Assembly (NCBI GenBank): GCA_023954155.1
Contig: JAMLIO010000002.1
Coordinates: 130,221 to 194,220, forward strand
Source of the DNA: Pseudobdellovibrionaceae bacterium
Lineage (GTDB): Bacteria; Bdellovibrionota; Bdellovibrionia; Bdellovibrionales; UBA1609
Length of the DNA stretch: 64,000 bases
Direction of reading: 5' to 3'
Position 1 is the stretch's first letter; each line of letters opens with the position of its first letter. Shown one piece after another: positions 26,562 through 35,990 of the stretch. The notes beneath the pieces are model-generated. The model saw only the letters and a list, made by a program, of their open reading frames with translations, ran no database searches and had not been told where the DNA came from. A program made the position numbers and the translations under genes.

Positions 26562-26792
26562 AAACATCCCTCCTTGATATGTTATTTGCAACGTATAATT
26601 CTATTATAGGTTGTATCTTCAAGACCTAAAGTCTTTAGATTTTTGCTTTATACAGTACATTATTCTACTGATGATCTAAGTGAATGCAAAGTGAAAAAAG
26701 CCAGACGAAATCTTGGCTTTTGTTTGGGGTTGTGCCAAAAGAGAGTCTCTAGAAATAAAATTCCTAAATATAAAATCCTTGGGGGAGGAGAT

Positions 26793-27137
26793 ATGAATTT
26801 TTTAATTAAATCTATAATCGCAACAGGTCTAGTATGTAGCGCCAAAGTCAGTTTTGCAGCTCCGAATGATCACTGTGCACCCTATGCTCATGATTCAGAG
26901 GTGATCAGTGTTATTGAGATTCTGGCACCCATGTTATCCTACGAGTACCATGAGCTGTGTGAATCAGAACGAGTGATGGCGATTTACCCTACACGAGTCA
27001 ACGTGTACAACCAAGAGAAAGACGAATACCAAGAGCACATCTCGATCACACTTCATTACAACGAGTACTCTTGCGAGTATCGGTACAATATGGTGGAACT
27101 GCGTTGGGGTAAAAAGCAGTGCTATAACACTTGGTAG
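26793..27137 (+). CDS. small secreted Cys-containing protein
   Basis: ATG at 26793 with GGAGGAG SD. Signal peptide MNFLIKSIIATGLVCSAKVSFA. Confidence 0.65.
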   Translation: MNFLIKSIIATGLVCSAKVSFAAPNDHCAPYAHDSEVISVIEILAPMLSYEYHELCESERVMAIYPTRVNVYNQEKDEYQEHISITLHYNEYSCEYRYNMVELRWGKKQCYNTW

Positions 27138-27280
27138 GAAAGTTTAACTGACAAAAATTAAAGAAGCGCCGTCATTAGCAAAAAAAAACATGCTATAAAC
27201 TTGGTGGTTTAAGTGCGTTATGTTTGGCTGTGTAAGGGTAGAGGCGGGCATTTCGTCTTTGAATGATTGCTGTGGGCCTT

Positions 27281-27310
27281 AAAAAAAGAGCACCAAATCA
27301 TTTGGTGCTC
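27281..27310 (-). terminator. Rho-independent terminator of the ferritin-like gene
   Basis: 9-bp stem gagcaccaa / ttggtgctc. The A-run 27281-27287 on the + strand is a T-tract on the - strand. Confidence 0.75.
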
Positions 27311-27352
27311 TAGGATTGTGTGAAATCAAAGATGTATTGGGGGTCTAAAAAC

Positions 27353-27802
27353 TTATTCAGGTTTGCGCATCATTTTGCGGACTTCGTCAGCGTGCTCTAC
27401 TTCTTCTTGTACAAAGCCTCTGGCTAACTCTTCCAAAGCGATATCGCCAAGGTCAGCTGCCAAAGTGGAAAGCTCTTTATACATTCTAATAGCATCAGTT
27501 TCGAACTTCAGGCTCTCTTCAAGTAACTGTAAAACGGAATGCAAGTTAGACTCTTCCACTTTTCCAGAGACAATCGGCGGGTGACCGCCTAATGAAGTGA
27601 GTTTTTCGCCAATGATGGTGGCATGGTTAAGAGCCTCTAAGGCATTGTCTCTGAACCACTTCTGGATAGGAATACGGTTATAACCCATGATCATAAATGA
27701 GTAGTGCAGGTAACGATTGATGCCTGCGGCTTCAAGTTGATAAATTTCACCTAATAACTTTAAAACTTTGTCGTTTTGGTAGGTCTTTTCGTTGACGCTC
27801 AT
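27353..27802 (-). CDS. bacterioferritin-family (ferritin-like di-iron) protein
   Basis: ATG at 27802 with GGAGG SD. Four-helix ferritin-like pattern with E...Y, E..H and EE..H ligand spacing. Confidence 0.82.
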   Translation of the reverse strand: MSVNEKTYQNDKVLKLLGEIYQLEAAGINRYLHYSFMIMGYNRIPIQKWFRDNALEALNHATIIGEKLTSLGGHPPIVSGKVEESNLHSVLQLLEESLKFETDAIRMYKELSTLAADLGDIALEELARGFVQEEVEHADEVRKMMRKPE

Positions 27803-27822
27803 GGGGCCTCCTAGGCTTTGCG

Positions 27823-27855
27823 TTATCATTTAGCTATCAATTACATTATCAATTA
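27823..27855. promoter_or_regulatory. candidate Fur-box-like array upstream of the ferritin-like gene
   Basis: The - strand reads TTGATAATgtAATTGATAgctAAATGATAA, three TGATA(A/G)-type hexamers resembling the GATAAT repeats of Fur boxes. Lies 21-53 nt upstream of the ATG. Confidence 0.3.
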
Positions 27856-28184
27856 ACTTGCAAATAGACTGATGTGCAAGTCTGGAACTGTAAAAAGAAA
27901 TACAAAAAAGTACTTTGGGTATTTTTAAATCCTATAAAATCAAGCAAATTCAATAGGTTATATTGTTCTTGCGGATTTATAAAGAGCCATTTCATTAAAA
28001 GAGAATGATTGTCGATCCTCCGCAGGTGTCCAGCAAGTTATCCATGCGTATGAAGGAGTTATCAAAAATGAAACATAATACTTCAGGAGTGAAGCCCGAC
28101 CAAAACATAGGAACAGGAATCAGAGGAAGACAGAATGTAAAGTATAAAGCAGGGTAAAAGATAGGGAGAGTGAAAAGTTAAAAG

Positions 28185-29279
28185 ATGAGGCTATTTCAAC
28201 CATTAAGTATCTCGTTGCTTCTATATATATGTGTGATGGGATTCAGCATTACAACTTCGACGGCACAAGCTTCTGATGCCAGCCCCGTTGTAACTTCTAA
28301 AGAGGCCCCCTTAGCGACGCAAGCCTTAGATGCAGACTCTGGGACGCGCTTAAGTTCTTCTGCTTCAAACCCCAATGATGGAAATTCAGAAGCAGATGTA
28401 GAGCCAACGCCTGTGAACAAGTTGCCGTTTCATTCAGAAGTAAAATCTCAAGAAGGACTTTCGCAGGAGTTAGAGACTCCAATTTCAAAAGAGCCAAAGG
28501 CCGACACACAAACGTTGCCAGGGTCCATTGATCCTCTTGCGGCTACCTTATCTGAACAAGAAGAGATGCAGATGCTTGAAGAGCCTTTTCGTATGCAAGA
28601 GTATCGGCCGAATTATATCATCAGTGGAAAGCCTGATACTAAGGTGCAGTTTAGTTTTTTGTTTCGGATGCTAAAGAGCTACAGTCTGTATCTGGGATTC
28701 ACACAAACGATGTTTTGGGAACTGGGAAAGCAAGACTCTAACCCTTTTTCTGATATCAATTTTAATCCAGAACTGTTTTATAAATTTAAGTTTAAAGAAG
28801 CATGGTTAAAACAGGTCGACTTGGGTTATGCTCACATGTCCAATGGGCTTCCAGGTGTAGAATCTAGAGCCATGGATGAAGTGTTTGTGTTGCTCAGTAG
28901 TGGTGGAAAAACTAAAATTGGTATTGCCAATGTAGAGCTAAGATTAAGATACATTCTGCCTGGCTCGATCTCTGATAATAAAGATCTTAGGGATTATTAT
29001 GGACCAGCTGTTTTGAGGTTTAATTTGACCCGTTTAGGTCGAAGGCTTTTTTATTCTGAACAACTTTATATCGACTACTATAATGGGGGCAAATGGTCTG
29101 AGGACTTTTCCAAAAACTCAGTACGTGTCAGTTTTCGTTTCAAACTTTTTGAATCCGCAAGTGCGCCTAAGTTTTTCATTCAATACTTTAATGGTTATGG
29201 CGAAAACTTAAGAAACTATAACTTAAAAGATGAATCTTTTAGAGTAGGATTATCAATTGGTGGGGGATACCCCCTATAG
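28185..29279 (+). CDS. pldA: outer-membrane phospholipase A (OMPLA) with long low-complexity N-terminal extension
   Basis: YRPNYIISG entry motif and catalytic GYAHMSNG (H-x-S-N-G). About 110 aa of acidic, Ser/Pro-rich sequence lies between the signal peptide and the barrel. Confidence 0.88.
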   Translation: MRLFQPLSISLLLYICVMGFSITTSTAQASDASPVVTSKEAPLATQALDADSGTRLSSSASNPNDGNSEADVEPTPVNKLPFHSEVKSQEGLSQELETPISKEPKADTQTLPGSIDPLAATLSEQEEMQMLEEPFRMQEYRPNYIISGKPDTKVQFSFLFRMLKSYSLYLGFTQTMFWELGKQDSNPFSDINFNPELFYKFKFKEAWLKQVDLGYAHMSNGLPGVESRAMDEVFVLLSSGGKTKIGIANVELRLRYILPGSISDNKDLRDYYGPAVLRFNLTRLGRRLFYSEQLYIDYYNGGKWSEDFSKNSVRVSFRFKLFESASAPKFFIQYFNGYGENLRNYNLKDESFRVGLSIGGGYPL

Positions 29280-29414
29280 TTAAAAATATTGGCCTTATAA
29301 AGGATGATTTAGATTTTCTTATAGTTGTTGAGATTAAAGATAATTTAAAAATCCTTGGTGTTAAAAATTTTGAACTTTATTTTGATCTTCAGTGTGTGGT
29401 CGGCAAAAATAAAT

Positions 29415-30341
29415 TTAGAAGCTGTCCACTTTTGAAAGCTTTAAAATCGACATCAATTCATTTTCAAGATTGGATAAAGAGTTACTGACCTCATCAGAAT
29501 TTTTAAAACTATTTCGCAGTTCACTTAAAACAGTATTTAAGAATTCTTTTTCATACATCATCTCTTCATTATTTTTGACATTCAGATCAATAAAACGAAT
29601 TAAGAACTCTTGAACTTGTCGCTCAATAGAGTTGGTGGTTTGCCATGAAGAGACAAAATCTCTAGCTCCATATTTTACGTTGTCTTGGCGTGAAAAAATA
29701 ATATTAAAGTTAATCTCCAAGGCTTCGCTCTGGACGCTATTTTGATTTAAAAGATAACTGCTTGTGGACCTGACATGCTCAATGGTGCTTAAGATCAGTC
29801 GGTACAGCTTGGGTACTACAAAAGTAGTGTGATGAGTGGGGGCAAAACTAGTCATGATCTTTTGGTATTCAGTGCTAGCCTCTTTGGCAAAGGCGTCTTT
29901 CACATAAGCCAGCTGCTCAGCTCTTGGGGTAAAGCCCATCAGAATATAACTTTCTTGCTGCGCACTTATAATAAACCGAGGGCCAAGTTCTTGCCATTTG
30001 GAAAAGTTGGCACTGCTAAAAATGGGGTTAAAGTCAGTGATAGATTTAGGAGCAAAAGCCATGATGGGAGCTTGATGAGGATTAAAGACTTCGTTACCAA
30101 AAGAGTACAATCGAAAGAAGTCTTTGGGAGAAATATATTCTGATCTATAAGAGTCAATTTGAACAATATCGGCACTTCGTAGTCCTGGAGTTGTTCTTGT
30201 TGATGACGAAGACAGATACATGCGACAGAGCCCCTTATTTCCTCTTTTTTTAGGAAAGCTGATGATCTCTGCGGCTGTTACTGGTTTATAAAATATCAAA
30301 AGTGAAAGTAATAGTAAGGCGCCCCCTCTTAAGCCCTGCAT
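29415..30341 (-). CDS. hypothetical secreted protein (308 aa), third gene of a 3-gene operon
   Basis: Signal peptide. 13-nt overlap with the upstream gene. Motif CRMYLSSSSTRTTP shared with the upstream protein. Confidence 0.7.
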   Translation of the reverse strand: MQGLRGGALLLLSLLIFYKPVTAAEIISFPKKRGNKGLCRMYLSSSSTRTTPGLRSADIVQIDSYRSEYISPKDFFRLYSFGNEVFNPHQAPIMAFAPKSITDFNPIFSSANFSKWQELGPRFIISAQQESYILMGFTPRAEQLAYVKDAFAKEASTEYQKIMTSFAPTHHTTFVVPKLYRLILSTIEHVRSTSSYLLNQNSVQSEALEINFNIIFSRQDNVKYGARDFVSSWQTTNSIERQVQEFLIRFIDLNVKNNEEMMYEKEFLNTVLSELRNSFKNSDEVSNSLSNLENELMSILKLSKVDSF

Positions 30342-30991
30342 TTTCTAAACTCCTTCGTAGAAAAGTATCTGCGCACTTGTTTTTCAAAAGCATAAAGATA
30401 AAGTTTAATATCCCCAGTTAAAGCTTCATCTCTGGACACTTTTAACAAAGTAGTCATCTTTGAAAAGTCAAAATGCTTATTATTTTTGGTTTCAAGAAAA
30501 ACGATAAAGTGGGCTGTGGCAAAGTATACTGGGAGTTCCATTTTACTTTTCCATGCCTTTTGCTCTTGCGGAGTGAGTTTTTTAAAATCGTGGATCTTTC
30601 CCTCAAGTTCTGTAATAAAAATAGACCACTGCCCCAGGATGTCTTTAAAAGTCGGGTGGTCTTCCTTAAAGTTTCTTTCCGTTTTAAGTTCTTCAAGATC
30701 GTGTCGTAGGTGTCGAGCTTCGGGCTTATTTAATAGTTTTGTTTCTAAAGCCAGATCAATGATTCTTTCAACTGCGGGGATCACCTCTGTGCTTTCCACA
30801 TTTTTGGCAAAACCACTGACAGGTTTTTTTGTTTCTTTTTGAGAGTCTTTTAAGAATTCTGTAGTATCGTTTAGGGGTGTGGAAGTGCGACTCTCTGATA
30901 AGTACTGACGGCACATGTTTGCGTATGTGACAGAAGACAGAGTGACAGTAAGACACATCCCTAGGACTACATAGAGTAGATGGATTCGCAT
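30329..30991 (-). CDS. hypothetical secreted protein (220 aa)
   Basis: Signal peptide MRIHLLYVVLGMCLTVTLSSVTYA followed by CRQYLSESRTSTP. 25-nt overlap with the upstream gene. Confidence 0.7.
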   Translation of the reverse strand: MRIHLLYVVLGMCLTVTLSSVTYANMCRQYLSESRTSTPLNDTTEFLKDSQKETKKPVSGFAKNVESTEVIPAVERIIDLALETKLLNKPEARHLRHDLEELKTERNFKEDHPTFKDILGQWSIFITELEGKIHDFKKLTPQEQKAWKSKMELPVYFATAHFIVFLETKNNKHFDFSKMTTLLKVSRDEALTGDIKLYLYAFEKQVRRYFSTKEFRKCRA

Positions 30992-32916
30992 ATCACCCCT
31001 CCATTTGATCCTGGTACAGACAAGTGATCTAAAAACTCAGGTACAGGTCTGTGTAAAAAGTCTTCCCAAAATTTATCTTGTAAGACTTTAAATCCATAAT
31101 CCAACTGTGTGGCCCCTTTACCAAAAACGCTTCCGATTCTTCTGATAAATTCAGGAAACAGATGAGGGGCTCGTGCTTTTTCTAGCCAGAATCTTTCTTC
31201 GTTGAGGACTCGATTTTGTTCCAGCAAATAATCGGCGGCTTTTTTTATGTCTTCAGTACTATGAATTTCACTGAACTGAGAAAATCCAGAATAGGCTTCT
31301 AAAACTTTCAGAGCATAATCTCTAATATTGTACTTCATTGTGGGATCAGCGTTACGTTTGTCAAAAGCACTAAAGCGTACGAAATCCACAAATATATTTG
31401 TAAAATAAGTCATGCGACCAGCACGCCACTGTAGCCTAGAGATCTCTCTAAAAGATCTTTCAGACTTAGGCATATCAGCAATAGAGCGTTCGATGATCAC
31501 ATCTACAATTTTAGGCAATGTACTTCCAAAGAAGGCTTCTAAAAAAGTAGCCTGTAAGTATCTTTGGGTCATGTTCCCACTCTTATCACCAATTTTATCT
31601 AAGGTATTAAAAATATGGGCTACAAGTTCTTTCGCTCTCTCGCTTTCAATCTGATCCAATTGGTACTTAGTAATGGAGTCAATATTGATCTCTTTAAGGG
31701 AACTGACAAAGTCTCTTTCAAGTGCACGATGTTCTTTTTCTGCCTCAGTGATGACATGGGGTTCGAAGATTTCATTTTTCAGTTCAAAAAACCAAAAATT
31801 AGTTCCTTTAAAAAGTTCAGACGTACTAGGCGCAAAAGAATGTAGGGTTCTTGGGTTGTTACGTTTTTTTAATAACAAGAACCTTTTATATCTGTAACCA
31901 TCAAAGACTTTCTTTTTAATGGAAAGAGTGGTGTGAAGGCCCTCAAGTTCAGCTTTCAGAAGTTGCTCTTGCTGGCGTTTGCTGAGGTTATCAGGATTGC
32001 TTTTAAGGTTTTCAATTCTTGCACGACGTTTTTCTAAATCCACCTCAAGTTTTTGCAGAAAGGCTTCAGCGCGGTGGCGTCCAGTAATGCGGTAGGTGAG
32101 TTTTCGTTCGCTGTTTTCTTCTTTGAAGTCTTTTAAAAGCTCAGGGTCAATCCTAAACTCTGGGACTTCTACTTCCATGCGTTTTAAGGCTCTACGAATG
32201 TAGTAGGAAGTTACACTTAGTCTTACTAAATTAGAGACAGCATTTCTATTAAAGTACTTGGCATAAAGTAAGGACCTAGCAGTGGTTAAAGCGGCTCCCG
32301 AATAGTAGGCGATCACAAAGGTGATGGCCTCACATAGAAAATGGGCTCCAGGCATTCTAAACACATAAAGCATAGCCTCTTCGACAAGCTCGCCTGCGAC
32401 CTTGGCGATACCAGAAGCGGTACCGTACTTAGCCCCTAGTCCAATAAACTCACCTGCATAACGATAGGCTACGGCATCTTTGATGGCTAGGGCTTTCAAC
32501 GTCAGCCAGCCTTTAGCGATCAGATTTTGGGCTTCAGCACGGATGGATTCAATACTGGGCATCACACATTCTGCACAAGCCTGTTTGATCTCTTGGATAT
32601 AAAGGCGCGAGAGTTCATCGGCCAAATCCCAAAAGGCGTTGTCTATGTAAACTTTACTGCCACCAACATTAAAGAAAGGCAGAGGAGAGATTTTAACGTT
32701 GGCACGTAGAGTTTGTGTTTCTGTGGAGCTTTCAATATTCAGATGACCAATTTTTTCGAGAATACTCGCATAGTGTTCAATGCTCACACCATCATTACTG
32801 ACTTCACTATGAGCCCAAGCGTTTTTGTGAGGTAAAACGGGGATAAGGAGTAAAGAAAATAACAGTATAAAAGTTACACGGTTAAATATGATTTTTAAAT
32901 CTCTATACGGTTTCAT
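30967..32916 (-). CDS. hypothetical large secreted protein (649 aa)
   Basis: Long uninterrupted ORF with an N-terminal signal/anchor (VTFILLFSLLLIPVLPHKNAWA). No recognisable domain. Confidence 0.75.
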   Translation of the reverse strand: MKPYRDLKIIFNRVTFILLFSLLLIPVLPHKNAWAHSEVSNDGVSIEHYASILEKIGHLNIESSTETQTLRANVKISPLPFFNVGGSKVYIDNAFWDLADELSRLYIQEIKQACAECVMPSIESIRAEAQNLIAKGWLTLKALAIKDAVAYRYAGEFIGLGAKYGTASGIAKVAGELVEEAMLYVFRMPGAHFLCEAITFVIAYYSGAALTTARSLLYAKYFNRNAVSNLVRLSVTSYYIRRALKRMEVEVPEFRIDPELLKDFKEENSERKLTYRITGRHRAEAFLQKLEVDLEKRRARIENLKSNPDNLSKRQQEQLLKAELEGLHTTLSIKKKVFDGYRYKRFLLLKKRNNPRTLHSFAPSTSELFKGTNFWFFELKNEIFEPHVITEAEKEHRALERDFVSSLKEINIDSITKYQLDQIESERAKELVAHIFNTLDKIGDKSGNMTQRYLQATFLEAFFGSTLPKIVDVIIERSIADMPKSERSFREISRLQWRAGRMTYFTNIFVDFVRFSAFDKRNADPTMKYNIRDYALKVLEAYSGFSQFSEIHSTEDIKKAADYLLEQNRVLNEERFWLEKARAPHLFPEFIRRIGSVFGKGATQLDYGFKVLQDKFWEDFLHRPVPEFLDHLSVPGSNGGVICESIYSM

Positions 32917-33075
32917 TCGGAGACTTATAATGCTGTTGTTGTAGAACTCAAAGATTTTTCTTTTTGATTATCAAGTCGCTTTCATCGCAATTTGAAACAA
33001 GCATAATTCTCGATTTTCCCTCTAAAGTATTTTATGTACTGATCCCAGTCTAACAAAGCCAATTAGGAAGAGACC

Positions 33076-34317
33076 ATGAAAAAACTGTTTTCTATTTATT
33101 TTATGATGTTGACCCTGTCAGTGTTCAACTTTGCGTGTTCAGATTCAGACTCAGCATATTTAGAGAACTCAGAAGAGTATCATCAGTATAACGAAGAAGA
33201 AAAGGCCTTGTATGCTCCTACTTTGTTGTTCAAAGCCGTGTATTTGAATGACAAAAAACTTTTTGAAGAGCAAGAGCCCAATGCCTACATTGATTTTAGG
33301 AAGAAAAATATTGATGGTGATACAGCACTGGCCGTGGCCATTAAAAAACAACGTTTAGATTTTGTATTAAAACTTATTTCTATTGCCACCTTTGATGATT
33401 TAAAAGTTCCAAATAAAGACAACAGAAGTTTTGTGTCTCTTTTAGCAGAATATGACTACAAAGAGGCCTTTGATATTGTGGGCGATAAATATTTAAAGCA
33501 AGCGGGACCATTACAGTCCGTATGGGCTAATTTTCCTGATATAGATTTCGCTGATGATTCAGGAAAAATTTCTGCTCATTATGTTCGTAGTGCAAGTTTT
33601 TTAGATCAACTTGAAACATATTGGTTTTATGGTGTTGCAGATATTCAACATCCTTGGAACTCTTTTTATTTTTCTTATGATGACCATGGCGACACTTTTT
33701 TGATGAAAGCAGCAGAGTACAACAAGGTAGAGGTCTTAGCTTGGTTCTTGAATAAATACTGTGGAGGCTGGGGAACTGAAGAGAACGACTGGTGGGGTAT
33801 CTTTGGATGGGCCATTAGAAATGGAACCTTCCTAGCTCGTAAAGGTGTGGAGTACGCCCAAGACTTTGACTATTTGTGGTTTGAAAGATCTTATATCAAT
33901 ATTTCCAATCATGATGGCAACACTTCTTTGCATCTGGCAGCACAAAATGGAAATGCCAGAGCCGTTGAGCTGATCATGCAATGTGAGCAACGTGATCCTG
34001 CGATGATCAACAATGATGGGCAATATCCGATCACATTCATGTTAAGTAAAATTGATCCCGAACTTACTTATGTAGATCAGAACTACAAAGATATTTTTGA
34101 TATGCTCTTAGATCAGGTGGACCCTCTATGGTCAGCAGTTCCCATGAACTCTTTTTCTGGTCTTGTAAACGGTAAAGACAACTTTAACCTGTCTGCGGTT
34201 CACTATGCGGCTCGAATCAGAGACCCTTATTTTTATAATGCACTTAGAAAATATGTTCAGCCTAATTCAGACGAAGATGGAATCTTGGCAAAGGATAGAC
34301 AAAGACATGCGCAATAG
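33076..34317 (+). CDS. ankyrin-repeat lipoprotein
   Basis: Lipobox VFNFAC. Ankyrin consensus stretches (DGDTALAVAIKKQRLDFVLKLI, GNTSLHLAAQNGNARAVELIM, SAVHYAAR). Confidence 0.85.
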   Translation: MKKLFSIYFMMLTLSVFNFACSDSDSAYLENSEEYHQYNEEEKALYAPTLLFKAVYLNDKKLFEEQEPNAYIDFRKKNIDGDTALAVAIKKQRLDFVLKLISIATFDDLKVPNKDNRSFVSLLAEYDYKEAFDIVGDKYLKQAGPLQSVWANFPDIDFADDSGKISAHYVRSASFLDQLETYWFYGVADIQHPWNSFYFSYDDHGDTFLMKAAEYNKVEVLAWFLNKYCGGWGTEENDWWGIFGWAIRNGTFLARKGVEYAQDFDYLWFERSYINISNHDGNTSLHLAAQNGNARAVELIMQCEQRDPAMINNDGQYPITFMLSKIDPELTYVDQNYKDIFDMLLDQVDPLWSAVPMNSFSGLVNGKDNFNLSAVHYAARIRDPYFYNALRKYVQPNSDEDGILAKDRQRHAQ

Positions 34318-34969
34318 CCAAATAGGAGCCTTTCTTTTATGTCTTTGTCTACAAGCTTGCGGTGATGTGCAAAAACAGCGCACACCTGAGCAATTGACAC
34401 TCGTAGATCGTTCGAGTCGTTCTGCACAAGTTTATGACAAAGACTTTAGTGGTATCAGTTTGCAGGCCAACACACGCCTAAAAGCCAGCTCTTTGCTTTT
34501 AAATTATAAAGATCCACTGACTTTTAATGTGAAAGCTCAATTTTTATCTGAAGAGTCAAAGCTAGCTGTGAATGCCTACACAACAAGCCTTACGACAAAT
34601 GATGGAACACGTATGGTGTTCTCTCCGAATGCTCAAAATGGCATAGAAGTGCATTTGTACACCAGAGACTATCCACTTTATCACTTTTGCACCATTGAGT
34701 ACGCTGTTTCCAAAAATGGAATTATAGATTTAAGTGTTCAACTGTCTTATCAGGACAATCGAGGACCGATCATTGCCATCTGGAATATGTATTATGATGG
34801 CAAAAATAAACGCAAAAAGAACTATTCCTTCTTAAGTGCTAAAAGTGCAGATTGTAATTCTGATGGACAAATCTTTATCGAACACTTTGGCAGTGGGCGT
34901 TTGTGGGGATTTGAAATTCAACAGACTCGAATTCAACAGGTCATGAGGTCAGAATCTTATGATTTATAA
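34307..34969 (+). CDS. hypothetical lipoprotein (220 aa)
   Basis: The ATG at 34307 overlaps the ankyrin gene by 11 nt. Lipobox CLQAC. Confidence 0.7.
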   Translation: MRNSQIGAFLLCLCLQACGDVQKQRTPEQLTLVDRSSRSAQVYDKDFSGISLQANTRLKASSLLLNYKDPLTFNVKAQFLSEESKLAVNAYTTSLTTNDGTRMVFSPNAQNGIEVHLYTRDYPLYHFCTIEYAVSKNGIIDLSVQLSYQDNRGPIIAIWNMYYDGKNKRKKNYSFLSAKSADCNSDGQIFIEHFGSGRLWGFEIQQTRIQQVMRSESYDL

Positions 34970-35990
34970 TTTCATAAAGCTGTTTATGACTTTGTGTTTA
35001 TCCTCACAAGCTACAGAGGGAGTTTCTGGCGAAAGCACGTATTCACTTAAAAAGTATGTGTCTTTAGATACAGAGCTTTCTTTAGAATACAGAAGTGATC
35101 GTTTACGAACCATGCAGAACACAGAGACCACCAATATCAGAAATCTTTCTCTTATGGTCAGTCTGTTTGAAGAGCAAAGCTCAGGATTTGTATTTGAAAT
35201 TTTGGGCGAAGAAGATCAAGTGGGCAATTTGAACGTGAATATTGGTGAACTTTATTATCACACGAAGTTGTCTTTGTTTAGGCAAGAGGACTCTCAGTTT
35301 CAAGTGGGGATTTTGAAACTGGGTTATGGGATATTAAACGAACTAGATGGACTATTTTCTGTGATGCCCTCTTACTATAGTTATTTGTATGACCTACCTA
35401 GAGGGCTAGACACAGGTGTGCAGTTTTCTACTCAAGTGATTATTCCCGAGGTCACAGTCAGTGCCAGTGTCTTTGCAGGTAAAAACTTAAGACAAACAGA
35501 CAGTAAGAATAGAGACATAGATGTTTTGCCCCATCATTTAAAATTGCAATGGACGCCGACAAAAACTAATGCCTTGGGACTGAATTACTTTTCTAGAAAG
35601 TATGAAGCCCAACCTTTGGTGCGCGGAATAGGTTTAGAGTACCAACATGTGAACTTATTAAATATCGGAAAAGTGAACTTGGATGTGGATCTAGAGCTAT
35701 GGTCTATTGTTGCTAGTATTAACTCCATCCAAAATACAGGGATTGCGGCCCTGATTGCCCCTAAACTCAGCTATAAAAAAATCTTTTTCCAACCGTATAT
35801 CTCTGTAGAGCGATGGGGACAAGACGGTACGGAAGATTCTCAAGAAGTGTTTTTTACAGGGAAACTGGGTTACGACTTTAACAAGCACTTCCAGTTTGTG
35901 TTAGAACAGACTCAGATCAAAAATTCTACGATTGATATGGACAAAGAAAATTCACTACAAGCAAGGGTGGTTTCAAGGTGGAGCTTTTAA
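34959..35990 (+). CDS. outer-membrane beta-barrel protein (unknown family)
   Basis: Signal peptide, amphipathic beta-strand pattern, terminal aromatic residue (...RVVSRWSF). 11-nt overlap with the upstream gene. Confidence 0.7.
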   Translation: MIYNFIKLFMTLCLSSQATEGVSGESTYSLKKYVSLDTELSLEYRSDRLRTMQNTETTNIRNLSLMVSLFEEQSSGFVFEILGEEDQVGNLNVNIGELYYHTKLSLFRQEDSQFQVGILKLGYGILNELDGLFSVMPSYYSYLYDLPRGLDTGVQFSTQVIIPEVTVSASVFAGKNLRQTDSKNRDIDVLPHHLKLQWTPTKTNALGLNYFSRKYEAQPLVRGIGLEYQHVNLLNIGKVNLDVDLELWSIVASINSIQNTGIAALIAPKLSYKKIFFQPYISVERWGQDGTEDSQEVFFTGKLGYDFNKHFQFVLEQTQIKNSTIDMDKENSLQARVVSRWSF

